Under the pieces are notes generated by a model. The model had not been told where the DNA came from, ran no database searches, and saw only the letters and a program-made list of their open reading frames with translations. Shown piece after piece: positions 51,168 through 64,000 of a DNA stretch of 64,000 bases (the stretch's first letter is position 1; every line of letters starts with the position of its first letter). Location: NCBI GenBank assembly GCA_964016885.1, contig OZ024742.1:104656001-104720000 (forward strand), given 5' to 3'. This DNA is from Eledone cirrhosa (taxonomy: Eukaryota). The position numbers were made by a program, and so were the translations under genes.

Positions 51168-51478
51168 CAAACTACATATCTGTGTGTCAAACTTACACAT
51201 CTGCATGTTTGCAAACTTATGCATTTGCGGCTGTGTGTGTGTGAACACTTATACATCTGTGTATGTGTGAAAATTTACGCATGCAAATTTACACATCTAT
51301 GTGTGTGCACATGCAAATTTACACATTTATGTATGTGTGTGTATGCATGTTTGCAAACTTATACATTTGTGTGTGTGTGTGTGTGTGTGCAAACTTATAC
51401 ATCTGTGTGAGTAAACTTACACATCTGTGTGTGCATGCTAACTTACACATTTGTGTATATGTGTGTGTTGTAAACTGA
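50990..51478. repeat. degenerate minisatellite mixed with (TG)n
   Basis: TGTGTGCAAACTTACACATC-like unit repeated many times. Confidence 0.8.
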
Positions 51479-53404
51479 CTCCATTTACATTTAAACCTCC
51501 AGAAATTTGACAAAGTGTAAAAATGGATAGTGGTCAAGAGAAAAACAATGATAAACAGAGAGGCAGACACATCTATGTGGTTAAGGAGTTCATTTTTCTA
51601 CCATATGGTTGGACAAATATCTTCTACTAAAAGTTAGATTTGACCAATCCCTTGGGAAGTAATTTGGTAGATAGAAACTGTGCATTTAAACAAATGAAAT
51701 GATAGAAAAAATGAACAGATTTTACGTGTAAAACCAAGTGACAAGGAGACCCAAAGCAAGATGGTTGGATAACATCCATGAATTTGGCTGGTCTCACTTT
51801 GAAATCCATTCAGAACAGTTGGAGATAGTTGTTCTGACATGACCTGCTGGAGAGTGTTTGAGGACTCTACCCCCATGACCCTCTCAAGAAGAAGTCCTAC
51901 CTATGCTAGCATGGAAAATGGACATTAAATGGTGATGATGATAATGATATATATATATAAACTTATATAAAAAGAGAAAGAGAGAACTTTATTCAACAGC
52001 ATTCATTCCATATTTTGGTAAAGTTAAAAAAACAATGACAAAAATCAGAGAAAGTGTTTACTCTATGTATAATAACAGCTTGTGGAGGCATAACATTACA
52101 CCCTCCATCTTAACTAGTGGTGTAATAATTGTTTCTACTTTTGGCACAAGGCCAGCAATTACCCCAGTGCATTACTGGTACTTTATTTTATCGACTCCGT
52201 AAGGATGAAAGGCAAAGTTAACCTTGGCAGGATTTGAACTCAGACCATAAAGGGACGTAACTAGTGGTGTAATAATGGCTTCTGATTTAGGCACAATTTT
52301 TGGGGAAAGGGAAAGTTGATAAAATCGACCCCAATGCATTACTGGTACTTTATTTTATCAACCCTGTAAGGATGAAAAGCAAAGCTAACCTTGACGAGAT
52401 TTGTACTCATAACATAAAAGGCCGTAACTCTATGCTGTTAAGCATGTTGTCTGACAATCAACTGATTCTGCCAATCCACTACATCAGAAGATGATAAAAT
52501 GTTCGACACATATCTTGACAAACATGCAAAAATATCTATGAACTTGAATGGTGAAAGAGTGCAGTGGGTAGATTTCACCCATGGAAAACTAAAATTTTGC
52601 AAAAACTAATATGACTAAAAAAAAAAAAAATTGTAATGTTATTATACATACGCCAACACTCGAGGAACCATGCAATATATTTCATGGATTTTATTACATA
52701 TAACCATAGATGTACATGATATCAAACTCAAGATTAAAACACTTGATAACGATATATACCAAGTTTCTGTAGAGAATTAAGACAAAAATAATGATGATAA
52801 TAATAATAATAATAATAAATAAATAAATAAGCAAAAAGAAAAAAAAAAAAGAAAGAAAATAAAACATAAAAAAAATAAACTGTTAAAAATGAATAAGTGA
52901 CTACGTTAATTAATTTATATCTTTTTCATCTTTCAACAAACAAGCAGTCAAAGTCAATTATCATTTAACATCAATTTTCCATGTATGCATGAGTTAAACA
53001 GGTTGTCACATTCTGAGACAGGTCAAGTGACCATGTCTTACACATATGTTCCATTTGTGGCTTAGATTCTATGGCTGGATACCTTTCCTCATACCAGCCA
53101 CTTTACAGCAGAGACTGGGGGCATTGTTTTTATAACTGGATGCCTTTCCTAATGCTGGCCATTTTACAGCATGTACTGAGAGCATTTTGGAGAGCATCAG
53201 CTTTATCACCTTACAGGGAGGACTGGGTGCTCTTTGTTGTAGTACCAGCACTACCTACTATACAGGGGTAGAATAATAACAATCTCAGTGTTAGATCAAT
53301 ATTTGCAGAGACAGAATAATCAAGTAGATAATATATAGGATTAATAGATCATGAATATTCAGTTCAAGTCCACTGTAGGTTTTTTGGTGAGTTTAATAAT
53401 ATTA

Positions 53405-53880
53405 AACTCTCTGGGATATGCAAATACATACAGACAGAGATCAAAGCCAACCGACCAGATATTATAGTCAAAGACCACAAAGAAAAAAGTGCCTTATAAT
53501 AGATGTATCGATCCCCAGAGACGACAATATATCTTCCAAGGAAATAGAAAATTTCTCCAAATATAAAGATCTAGAGATAGAAGTAACTTGAATGTGATGT
53601 TGAAGACAGAAACAATACCTGTAATTATAGGTGTGTTGGGAATGGTGAAAAAGCACACAGACAGATACAGAACCTAAAACCCAGGTCTTACAAATATATA
53701 CAACAAACAAAAAGTAGCACTTCTAAGCACCGCACACATATTATGAAGAGTATTCTCAATACAATAGAACAAACACCACCAAAAACCACACTGCACATAC
53801 CCAAGGTGCACAGAGCTGTGCTCAGTAATGCAGTGATAATACGCAAAATTATAATAATGATGATGATGATGATGATGATT
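53405..53880 (+). mobile_element. R4/Dong-like non-LTR element 3' end (restriction-like endonuclease)
   Basis: Frameshifted LWDMQIHTD..IKANRPDIIVKD...LIIDVSIP.D......E...KYKDL...IPVIIGVLG...QKVALLSTAHIL; short UTR; (TAA)/(TGA)n tail. Confidence 0.88.
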
Positions 53881-54410
53881 GGGATGATTTGAAACTGCAA
53901 AGTCTGAAACACAACTACAGTTGTTAGTACAGGCAGTCTGAAAGTGGGGTGAGGGCATAGGCATGGAATGTGGTGATGCAAAATGTGCAGTTGTCACCAT
54001 GAAAAGTGCTGGTGCTTTATTTTATTGACCCTGTAAGGATGAAAGGCAAAGCTAAGAATTATTATCGTTATTATTATAAAAACTTTCTTCTCGTGTATTT
54101 CTAGTATTTTTTTAATTTCAAATAACAATACCTGAAAACAAAAATTCAAATTGAATAACATATGGGGGCAGGGATGTGGGTAACAACAGCCATAACAACA
54201 ACAACTATATGCAACTGAAGATGACAAAATCCTGAAAAGGAAGTAAAGAAAAGCTGGTTTCTCCTTGCTATATATCAACTTTTAGAATGAAGAAAGACAA
54301 TTTTGAAATACTGTAGACAGACTTCTGAGGATATCTTAACATAGTTCATGGTTTATTTCTTGGGTCGATAAAATAAATATTTTTCAATCTACTGGTAATA
54401 TTAGATAAAA

Positions 54411-54638
<228 letters not shown>

Positions 54639-54864
54639 AAACAATTATGATCATAAAACTAGTTTCGGTGAGCAAAAAACCTATCATATTATATAGAGTC
54701 AATCAAAAGAAATCATGCCCTTCTTGTGGCAAATAAAAATAGAATGACAGAGAGTGGAGGGTGGGAGAGAGGGAAATAGGTGGGGAAGGAAAGGGAAAGA
54801 GTTGGAGAAGGAGGGGGAGGCAGAGAAAGAGAAAAAGAAAGGTAGCAAAAAGCATTTGAATTAG

Positions 54865-54899
<35 letters not shown>

Positions 54900-54917
54900 G
54901 AGAAAGCGAGAGAGGGC

Positions 54918-54989
<72 letters not shown>

Positions 54990-55439
54990 CAATTTAAACA
55001 AATAGATAGATAAATAAATAAAATTCTAAAGACATATTTGTAAATCAATTTCTTACAGAGCAAATTGAAGTCTTGAGAAACTAGTTAGAAAGCAATCAAA
55101 GCCAAAATATTAAAATATCGATTTCGGTTTTTCTTTTTTGGTTTTATGATATATTTATCTATTAATTTATTTTCACCTCTTTTTATTTATCTATCTATTT
55201 ACTTAGTTTTTTTATACAAATTTATTTATTGGATATTTTTTTGCTACCAACCGAATCTATGAAATATTGGTTCAGTTTGTTTGATCAGAAGGTTGACTTG
55301 GGATAGGGTGGGAGTGACAACAATAGACATATATTGGGTGCCAAAAGACATACAAATGACATCTGAATAGTTTTCTTAAGCTTGATGCCAACCCCAGTGA
55401 CAAAGGTAACAGTAGCAGCAGCAGCAGCTGCTCCACCAA

Positions 55440-55600
55440 CCATCACTACCACCTTCACCACCACCACCTTCACCACCACCACCACCACCACCACCACCAC
55501 CACCACCACCACCACCACCACCACCACCACCTTCACCACCACCACCACCACCACCACCACCACCACCACCACCACCTTCACCACCTTCACCACCACCACC
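55440..55600. repeat. (CAC)n microsatellite
   Basis: Direct reading. Confidence 0.95.
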
Positions 55601-57182
55601 ATGATGACCATCCCTAGCATGAAAACCAGGATCATCTACTACTACAGCAACAACAACGCTGGCAACCAACTCCACCACCACTGCCCACAACACCACTACC
55701 ATTTTATGCCTATTTTCCCTCACTTGGGTGGATTTGCAGGGCTTTCCCCCAAACCACACCTTGCCACATGTTGCAGTGATCTGTCACCCTGTTTGCAAAG
55801 CTCAGCCTACTTGAGATCAACTTTCACCATTTCTTCCCATGTCTCCATCATATGTAAGTTCCTTCCATATGGATATCTTCAATTAAATATCATCTTCCAT
55901 AGGGATACAGCATTACTGAAGGGTTCACAAACATTAGGTCCCAAGTTCAATCCTACTGCAGGGTATCTTGGGCAAGTGTAACTTACCTTAGCCTTGAGTT
56001 AAGCTATGCCTTGTGAATGAAATTAAGTAATTGTAATTCAAAGAGCTGGCTTTGTCACAAATTGTGTCATGCTGAATCTCCCTGAGAACTACACTAATGG
56101 TACATGTGCTGTGGAATCCTCAGCTATGTTAGTTTGATGAGCAGGCTGTTCCATTGCTTGAACAACTGGAGTATTCATTGTCAGTAACAATGGAGGTCCA
56201 ACAACAATAACTACAATAACTACATCATCTTCCATACACATAACATGTCTATACCAGCTCAGTCTTCTCCATTGCATACCCCATCTGAACTTGTTTTTCT
56301 GCTTATTTGTGCTTCATTAATCATGCACACAACAACAAGAGTGGCCACCTCATTTCTTTTGAGCTTTTGTTCACCCCTTGCATTCAATGCTGATTTTCTC
56401 TACCATACAACATGACTTTTCATACACAAACATATAATCTCCCCTTCACTTGAAGAGAGAATCCTTCTGTAATAGTTCCCTGTAGGGAGACCTCAGAACA
56501 CTTGAAAGAATTGATTATATTGGTGCTTTGACTGCTAACTACAGACAAAGATTTACTTCTGTCAGTCTACTGTGATCTCACAATAATAATTATAATTGTA
56601 AAGATAAAGATAGGCCATCAGATAGTACATAATAAGTCTGATATTATTCTTCATGAGAAAAATGACAATAGCATGCTAATTATCAAGATAACAATGCCAA
56701 ATGCCTATAATACCATAGAGAAGTGAGCTGAAAAGTTAAGGAACTACACTGAGTTAACTATTGAATTATAAACATTATGGCAGTTAAGAAATGTCCATAA
56801 TGTCATCCTATTTGTAACTGGCAAGCCTGGGTAGTATAGTTGATTGAATAGAAAATACTTATTTTATTGATCTCTAATGATAGCAAATAAGTAGATATGT
56901 ATCTACCATTTTACTACCTTCATAGCTCTTTTTACCCAATTCTATCATATTTCTTGACCAAAATTACCATTCATTGCATTCATCCTTTATTTGAAATCTT
57001 CAGAGAACAAATATTGCAGGCGATTTTCGTTCATAAGCATTAGTTTTCTTGCCAATATTTACATCTTCCACCGACATATATCAGTAATAGATACATGCAT
57101 ATATATCTATAAATATATAAAAGGCATTCACACAGTTTGCAACTATCAAATTTCTCTCACATTGCATTGGTTAACTAGAGAA

Positions 57183-60100
57183 TCATCATCATCATCATCA
57201 TCATCATTATTTAACATCCATTTTCCACGCTAGCATGGGTCTGGACGGGAATTGTCCCACTTGAAGCAAGAGTGGTTGTCTTGCTCAGGACTGTCTGGCA
57301 GCTTTTCTACGGCTGGATGCCCTTCCTAACACCAACCACGTTTACAGTGTGGAACTGGGAGGTTTTTACCGTGTTACCTACACGGCCACATTACAGCGTG
57401 GACTGTGTGTTTTTTTGTCGTGACACCTACACGACCTCATTTATTTAGGACTGGATGTTGTGGTACCAACATAGCTTTACATCGAAAGGGGTGGTGTAGA
57501 TGGCGGTGGGGGTAGGGTTAGTGGGACGGGGGTGTATTTTGGTTAAGAGGTGCCTACTGACTGTAGGTTTCGTTTTGTACTTAGGCAAGGTGGGTCTTCT
57601 GTATAACTCTGTAGCGCCAAAGATCTCGGTCCAGTGACATTGTCTTGGAGAGGTGTAAGTGTGTGAGGTCGAAATTATCAAGTCGTCCCAGGTTTTTACC
57701 GTCTATTTTTATCGCCCTGCACTTTTTTATACAGCTGTCGTCTTTCATGCGCATCATGTGACTGTACCAACGTACTCTTCTCTCGAGTAAACAACGTCTG
57801 ATCCCTCTTATTTCTAATTTTTCCCTTAGTTCGTTTATACTTTGCCGTTCACGTATATTACTATTACACATCCAACGGAGCATGCAAGCTTCGTTTCTCT
57901 CCAGTCTGCGTATATCCTCTGCACACAATGCCCAGGTCTCACTGCCATGTAACATTGCTGTTCGTATGCAGGCATCATACAATCTGCCTTTTATTTTTAG
58001 AGAGAAACCTTTAGCGGCCAATAGTGGTATAAGCTCTCTGAACTTTTCCCATCCCGTTCGAACTCTAGCTATAGTACTTTCAGAGCACCCTCCACCACTG
58101 CTGATTTTGTCAGCCAGGTAACTAAAGGTGTCCACTATTTCTATAGAACCATCTAGGCAATGGAATGAGCTAGTATTCTGTGGGCATTTGCTGCTACTTA
58201 TTGCACCAGAGCACCGGCCACATATAAAATCTATATTCTTAGTTAGCTTACCTGTGATCCCACTACATCTTTTATGCATTTGCATTTGGGACATAAAATG
58301 GAGTTTCTGCCTACTCCTTTCCTACACACTGAGCATGGCCATTTCCCAGATGGGACCAGTGCCCTATTCTCCTTCCTACATATTAGGACTTTAGTCTTAG
58401 ACAAGTTAACTTTAAGGCCTTTTGATTCTAGGCCATGCTTCCATGTTTGGAATTTCTTCTCTAGTTCAGCCATTGATCCAGCTATGAGCATTAGATCATC
58501 TGTGTATAGAAGTTCCCATAGACAGCCGGTCTTGAACTCCTCCGTTATAGCTTGGAGGGCGATAATAAATAGGAGGGGGCTAAGGACGGAGCCCTGATGA
58601 ACACTAACTTTTACGCTAAACTCTTCACTATATTCGTTGTTAATTCTAACCTTGCTGACTGTTTCTTTATACATGGCTTGTATAGCTCTCACAAGCCATT
58701 CATCTACACTTAGTTTTCTAAGTGCCCACCAGATAATGGAGCGGGGGACTCTGTCAAAGGCTTTCTCCAGGTCTACAAAAGCTAAGTAGAGGGGTCTACT
58801 TTTAGCTAGGTACTTCTCCAGTAGTTGTCGTACAAGGAAAAGAGCGTCTGTGGTACTTTTACCTAATACAAACCCAAACTGCATTTCATCTAGATCAATT
58901 CGCTCTCTGATTAGTTGCGCTATTACTTTTTCTGTGACCTTCATGACCTGGTCAATTAATTTAATGCCTCTATAGTTTCCCCTATCTAGGGCGTCTCCTT
59001 TACCCTTGTAGCAGTTAATGATGATGCTGCTACGCCAGTCCTTTGGTATGACCCCATTCTGTATAACTTGGTTTACTATCCGGGTGACCATAGTGTGTCC
59101 CACCGTTCCAGATGCTTTCAGCATTTCAGCAACTATTTCCGAAGGCCCAGCCGCCTTGCCCATCTTCATATCTTTGATTGCCTTACTTATTATATTACCT
59201 TCAACTTGCACTGCTGGTCCGATGTGGGGGAGACTGTCTTTCTCCCATTTATTCTCCTCATTTAGCAGCCTTTCGTAGTGACACTTCCAAGCTACCTTCT
59301 TATCAGTGTCAGTGATGGCCAGTACACAATCATCATTACGGACACACTTCTCCCCGACAATATCACGGTTCTCCTTGACACATTGTCTAGCAATCCTGAA
59401 CACCTCACGTTTTTGGTCCTCGCGTTGTAGAACATGCTTGAACTTTCTTTCCTCTGCTTCCCTTCTTGCGAAGTACACTTGTCTCCTAGCTTCCCTCCTG
59501 GCCACTTGATAGTCTTCTCTACTTCCCCCATTCTGCCATACTTTCCAAGCCTTCTTTTTGGCCTTGATTGACTCCTCCACCTTATTGTTCCACCACCAAG
59601 TTACTCTCCTCCTGCCTATAGGTCTGCTCCAGCCACAGATTTCATCTGTCGCCTTCAGCAGGTTAGCTTTCAGGAATTCCCACTGTTCCTCTATATTGTA
59701 TGACTCTAATTGCTCTTCCTTACTGTCAAAAGCATAAAGTAATATGCTTTTAAATTTATTACTGGATGTGGGGTCCTTTAACTTCCATATTTTTCTCCTA
59801 AGGATAGTCCTCCTCTGTTGTCGAATACGTCTCGTCCTGACTATGAGGTCGCTAATTATGAGGCTATGTTGGGAGGTGCATTCTTCATGGGGGAGAGATT
59901 TAGTGTTTACAACAGACACTCTGTCATGTCTTCTGGTAAGGATATAATCTATCTGGCTGGCGTGTTCCCCTGATCTATAGGTGATCAAGTGATTGTCTCG
60001 CTTTTTGAAGTTTGTGTTACAAATAGTTAGATTATTTGCGTCACAGAAAGTGCAGGGCAATAAAGATAGACAGTAGCCACGGAGTAGGCAGACCCAGAAA

Positions 60101-61440
60101 AACATGGGACGAGCTGAAAAATTCCGACCTCACACGCTTACACCTCTCCAAGACAATGTCACTGGACCGAGACCTTTGGCGGTACTCAGTAATAGAGAAG
60201 ACCCGCCTTACCTAAATACAAAGTAAAAACCTACTACAGTCAGTAGGCATCTCTATCAAAACACACCCCCGTCCCACCACCTCCACCCCATCCACACCGC
60301 CCCCTTCAATGTAAAGTTATGTTGGTCCCACAACATCCAGGCCGAAACAAATGAGATCGTGTAGGTGTCACGACAAAAAAACACACAGTCCACGCTGTAA
60401 ATGTGGCCGTGTAGGCAACACGGTAAAAACCTCCCAGCCCCACACTGTAAATGTGGTTGGTGTTAGGAAGGGCATCCAGCTGTAGAAAACCCGCCAGACA
60501 GTCCACGCTGTAATGTGACCGTGTAGGCAACACGGTAAAAACCTCCCAGCCCCACACTGTAAATGTGGTTGGTGTTAGGAAGGGCATCCAACTGTAGAAA
60601 ACCCGCCAGACAGTCCTATGCGAGCAAGACAACCACTCTTGCCTCAAGTGGGAAAACCCCCGTCCAAACCCATGCAAGCGTGGAACACGGACGCTAAACC
60701 TGATGATGATGATGATGATGATGAATTCCAGGATTCTGGAGCCTTCCTCATTTCTAGTACCAAACCCATAGCCTCCATGGATTCCATCATAGCTGTCACA
60801 GTGTTGTCCAATGTGACCATTTAGGTCGCCAGCAATAATTATATAGTCACTGTCGGTTATTTGGGAGGTAATGAGCATTAACGACTCATAGAATCTGTCT
60901 TTTATAATGCCAGGCAGTCCGGGTTGGGGTGCATTCACAGATATTATTGTCACAGTAGTTCTATTGAGGACAAGTCTTATTTTAATTATTCTGTCGTTCA
61001 CTCTATTTACGTCTATTATCTTATCTACCCATTTTTCTGCTAGCATGATTCCTACTCCACCCAGCCCATTGTCATTTCCCACCCACAAAAGCTTATAGCA
61101 TCGTTTTTTACCGACAATGAATCTAGCAGACCCACCCCTCCACCTGGTCTCTTGAATACAGCAAACATCAACCTCCTTACGTTCAAGCATCTCTACAACC
61201 TCGTTAGAGCGACCTTTTAAGGTACCTTCATGGTACCAACTCTGAAGTTTTGGATTGTGTTTGGCAGGTGGGAAGGACAGGGCGCAGGGAGGGGTGAGGG
61301 AGATGGGGCTATGTTAGCCATCCGCGGCCTAAATAAAGAAGAGGAGTCCTTGCATTCTTGTCCGGCAGCATGAGGTGAATTTGTCTTTGGCATTGTCACT
61401 GAGTGTCCAGATTTTTCAGACTCTCCAGAATTCTGTAGTC
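57183..61440 (-). mobile_element. near-full-length RTE LINE, disrupted, same family as 43136-46642
   Basis: ORF pieces 61217..61399 (N-terminal leader ...FRVGT), 60306..61190, 58243..60105, 57581..58294; (GAT)n tail; 5' boundary approximate. Confidence 0.95.
60047..60724 (+). mobile_element. young RTE 3' end nested antisense inside older RTE
   Basis: Nearly identical to 45968-46642 including the 3' UTR duplication; splits host ...ILEF|CDANN. Confidence 0.95.
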
Positions 61441-62380
61441 CACCATCATATCGAAAGGAAACCAGGTCTAAACTTAAGTGATAACATAAGCCGCTGACTT
61501 ATGATTGGTCCAAATAATAATGGTGGTGAGTGGGAGGGGGGGGGGGGGATCTGGGGTAGTTAGCGAGAAGGTTATAAAATAAAATCCATGAAATTTTGGC
61601 CATAATCGAACAAGCATATAACTGTAATAAGGGAAGAATTATGGGATTTTAAAATATAAGAAGATTATTTTGAACGATCAGACTGAATTATCGAATAGTA
61701 TTGAAAAAGAAAAGGTTGTATTCTGGACGATATGATACAGATAGATGAATGGACAAGGGAACAAGGAGAGACGAGAAAATAGGATTCATACATTACATTA
61801 CATTTCACAGAAGAGCAAACGATGTAGCCAAGGATATGGGTTGACAAATTCTGAGTTTCGTACCCCGCAACAGTTTATTTTATGTTCGAAGAGAGAGGAA
61901 TATGGTAGAAAATACTTGCCCAAGAGGTTGCACAGTGGGATTGAATCTTGAACCACATAGTTGCAAAGTGAATTTCTTATCAGAGAGTAAAAAGCGGAAT
62001 GAATGAAAAAAAAAAATTTAGACAAAATAATGCATGTGTATATTCAGTCAACCATTTTGGAGAGACGTATATATACATATACATATACATATGTATATAT
62101 ATATATATATACACATAAGCCATTAACATATTTCAGAAATCTTTTCTCTACAAAATAAGGGTGAATCTTATATTTTGAAAAATGTGGAACTTTATGATCC
62201 CATTATCACATCTAGTTACCAAAATCTGACTTTGTATATGGCAACAAAAGTTGTGTTGATGTTGAAGAGGTTTGAAATTTACAGTCACAACCAATGTCTG
62301 CTTATAGAAGATTATGTGAAAAAAACACAGTAGCTCATACACACACACACATACACACACATACACAAACACACACACAA

Positions 62381-62419
<39 letters not shown>

Positions 62420-62457
62420 AAAAAGAAAACTTTTTTCGCTCTACATGGCTGAATACA

Positions 62458-62802
62458 ATAAATGTAATCTGAGTTTTTCGAATATTAATAACATTCGATT
62501 TGTTTACAATTATGCCAACACAAGAGCAAGAATGAAGGGTTCATTCTACTGAGATGGCTATAAAATTGAGGCTTGTTTGCATAATTGCAAACAAATCGAA
62601 TGTTATTATTATAGAGGGTCGGACACCATGCTTTCCAGCATAGTTACGTCTCTTTACGGCCTGAGTTCAAATCCCGTCGAGGTTAACTTTACCTTTCATC
62701 CTTATGGGGTCGATAAAATAAAGTACCAGTAATGCACTGGATAATTGTTGGCCTTGTGCCAAAAGTAGAAACAATTATTAATATTCGAAAAACCCAGATT
62801 AC

Positions 62803-62808
<6 letters not shown>
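62458..62808. mobile_element. fold-back element (~63-bp inverted arms) interrupted by SINE B
   Basis: 62458-62520 is inverted at 62574-62608 plus 62776-62808; SINE B occupies ~62612-62775. Confidence 0.82.
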
Positions 62809-62898
<90 letters not shown>

Positions 62899-63141
62899 TA
62901 CAGAATAATCTAAACTTTCGTTTGGAATCATCGGAGCACTAGCAAAGTTTAGACATATAATTAACCTCCTATTCCACAGAACAATTGTAAGGGTACATAG
63001 ATATTAGTGTTGTCATTAACAGTGTAATTTCTGGCTCTGTAAAATACCTGATGTATTTACATTGTGCTATTTTTCTTACTGGTAATAAGGTGGTAATGAA
63101 CTATTGTCTTTTCCTGTTTATAATTATATATAGTGTATATA

Positions 63142-63534
63142 CGAGGGCAATCCCAAAAGCAAGGTCTCCTTCCGATATTGCAACTTTTCCATTAAAATCC
63201 TGTGGATGGTGCTTCGGGAAACCTCAGGAAGCAAAATGCAGAGAGCATCCAGAGTGATCCGCTGATCTTTACGCATGTTTTCCTCGGAAGGAGACCTTAC
63301 TTTTGGGATTGCCCTCTATATAATAACTGTGCGAAATTCACACTTGGCGGTAGCGTTGAGCGGGATCTCCATTCTCAACGGCTGCCAAGCCAAGATTGAG
63401 CATCCCAGTGAAGCACGCGCATGCTTGTTTGGGAGTGAAGGAAGCACCAATCACAACAGTGTTGCCAACAGCCGTATGAACAGTTTCTCTGCGTCCCCAT
63501 CGCTTTGGAGACCTTACTTTTGGGATTACCCTCG
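63142..63534. mobile_element. mariner-type MITE(s): one left TIR, two right TIRs
   Basis: TA-CGAGGGCAATCCCAAAAGCAAGGTCTCC; GGAGACCTTACTTTTGGGATT(G/A)CCCTC at 63290-63316 and 63507-63534. Confidence 0.85.
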
Positions 63535-63585
63535 TATAAGTATAAATAATATTATTATTATTATATATATAATATATATAATATA

Positions 63586-64000
63586 GGACGGTGGATTGGC
63601 AGTATCGGTAGAGAGTTGGACACCATGCTTTGAAGCATAGAGTTACGTCCCTTTACGGTCTGAGTTCAAACCCCGCTGAGGTTAACTTTGCCTTTCATCC
63701 TTACGAGGTCGATAAAATAAAGTACCAGTAATACACTGGGTAATTGCTGGCCTTGTGCCAAAAGTAGAAATAATTCAGTTTACTCAGCTGTAGAAATGAG
63801 ATGATAGGGACTGGGGTCCCTATCATTCTACTGTAAAGTGGTCGTGGAGGTGCCACGGCAAAAAAGCACCCAGCACTCACTGTAAATGAGGTTGGTGTTA
63901 GGAAGGGCATCCAGCTGTAGAAATCAAGCCAGAATCAGTTCCCGTCCCACCCTTGCAAGCAGGGAAAAAGCGGACGTAAAATGAAATGATGATGATGATG
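63586..64000 (+). mobile_element. full SINE B joined directly to headless SINE A
   Basis: B tail ...AGTAGAAATAATT abuts CAGTTTACTCAGCTG (mid SINE A) at ~63776. Confidence 0.88.

Noticed and set aside
54080-54135. Strong minus-strand acceptor TTTTTGTTTTCAG followed by VLLFEIKKILEIHEKK
   Set aside because: No convincing donor and no recognisable homology.

Overview
AT-rich, microsatellite-dense eukaryotic (animal) DNA; the SINE and LINE content suggests an octopod cephalopod, which is inference. Almost all long ORFs in the supplied track are transposon relics or microsatellite artefacts. Reading splice sites by eye reveals a host gene on the minus strand that the ORF track misses. Two GT-AG exons (23579-23696 and 19308-19345) splice in frame to a C1 zinc finger lacking only its last Cys, with a tensin-like exon layout; a candidate alternative first exon lies at 10489-10554. 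The rest is mobile DNA. LINEs: several RTE elements (one near-intact, with a PHD finger inside the RT), CR1 and R4-like relics, and an ORF1-only L1/Tx1-like segment joined to an RTE tail. Penelope-like: one EN+ element (PLE) with inverted ends and a 5' inversion. DNA transposons: DD34D and DD37D Tc1/mariner copies and mariner, piggyBac and hAT MITEs. SINEs: several modular tRNA-derived families. The most unusual signal is seven complete or near-complete type-I hammerhead ribozyme motifs, plus a series of (TA)n-embedded palindromes that are 3' halves of hammerheads folded back at ribozyme stem II. All calls were made by eye; no database searches or folding programs were run.
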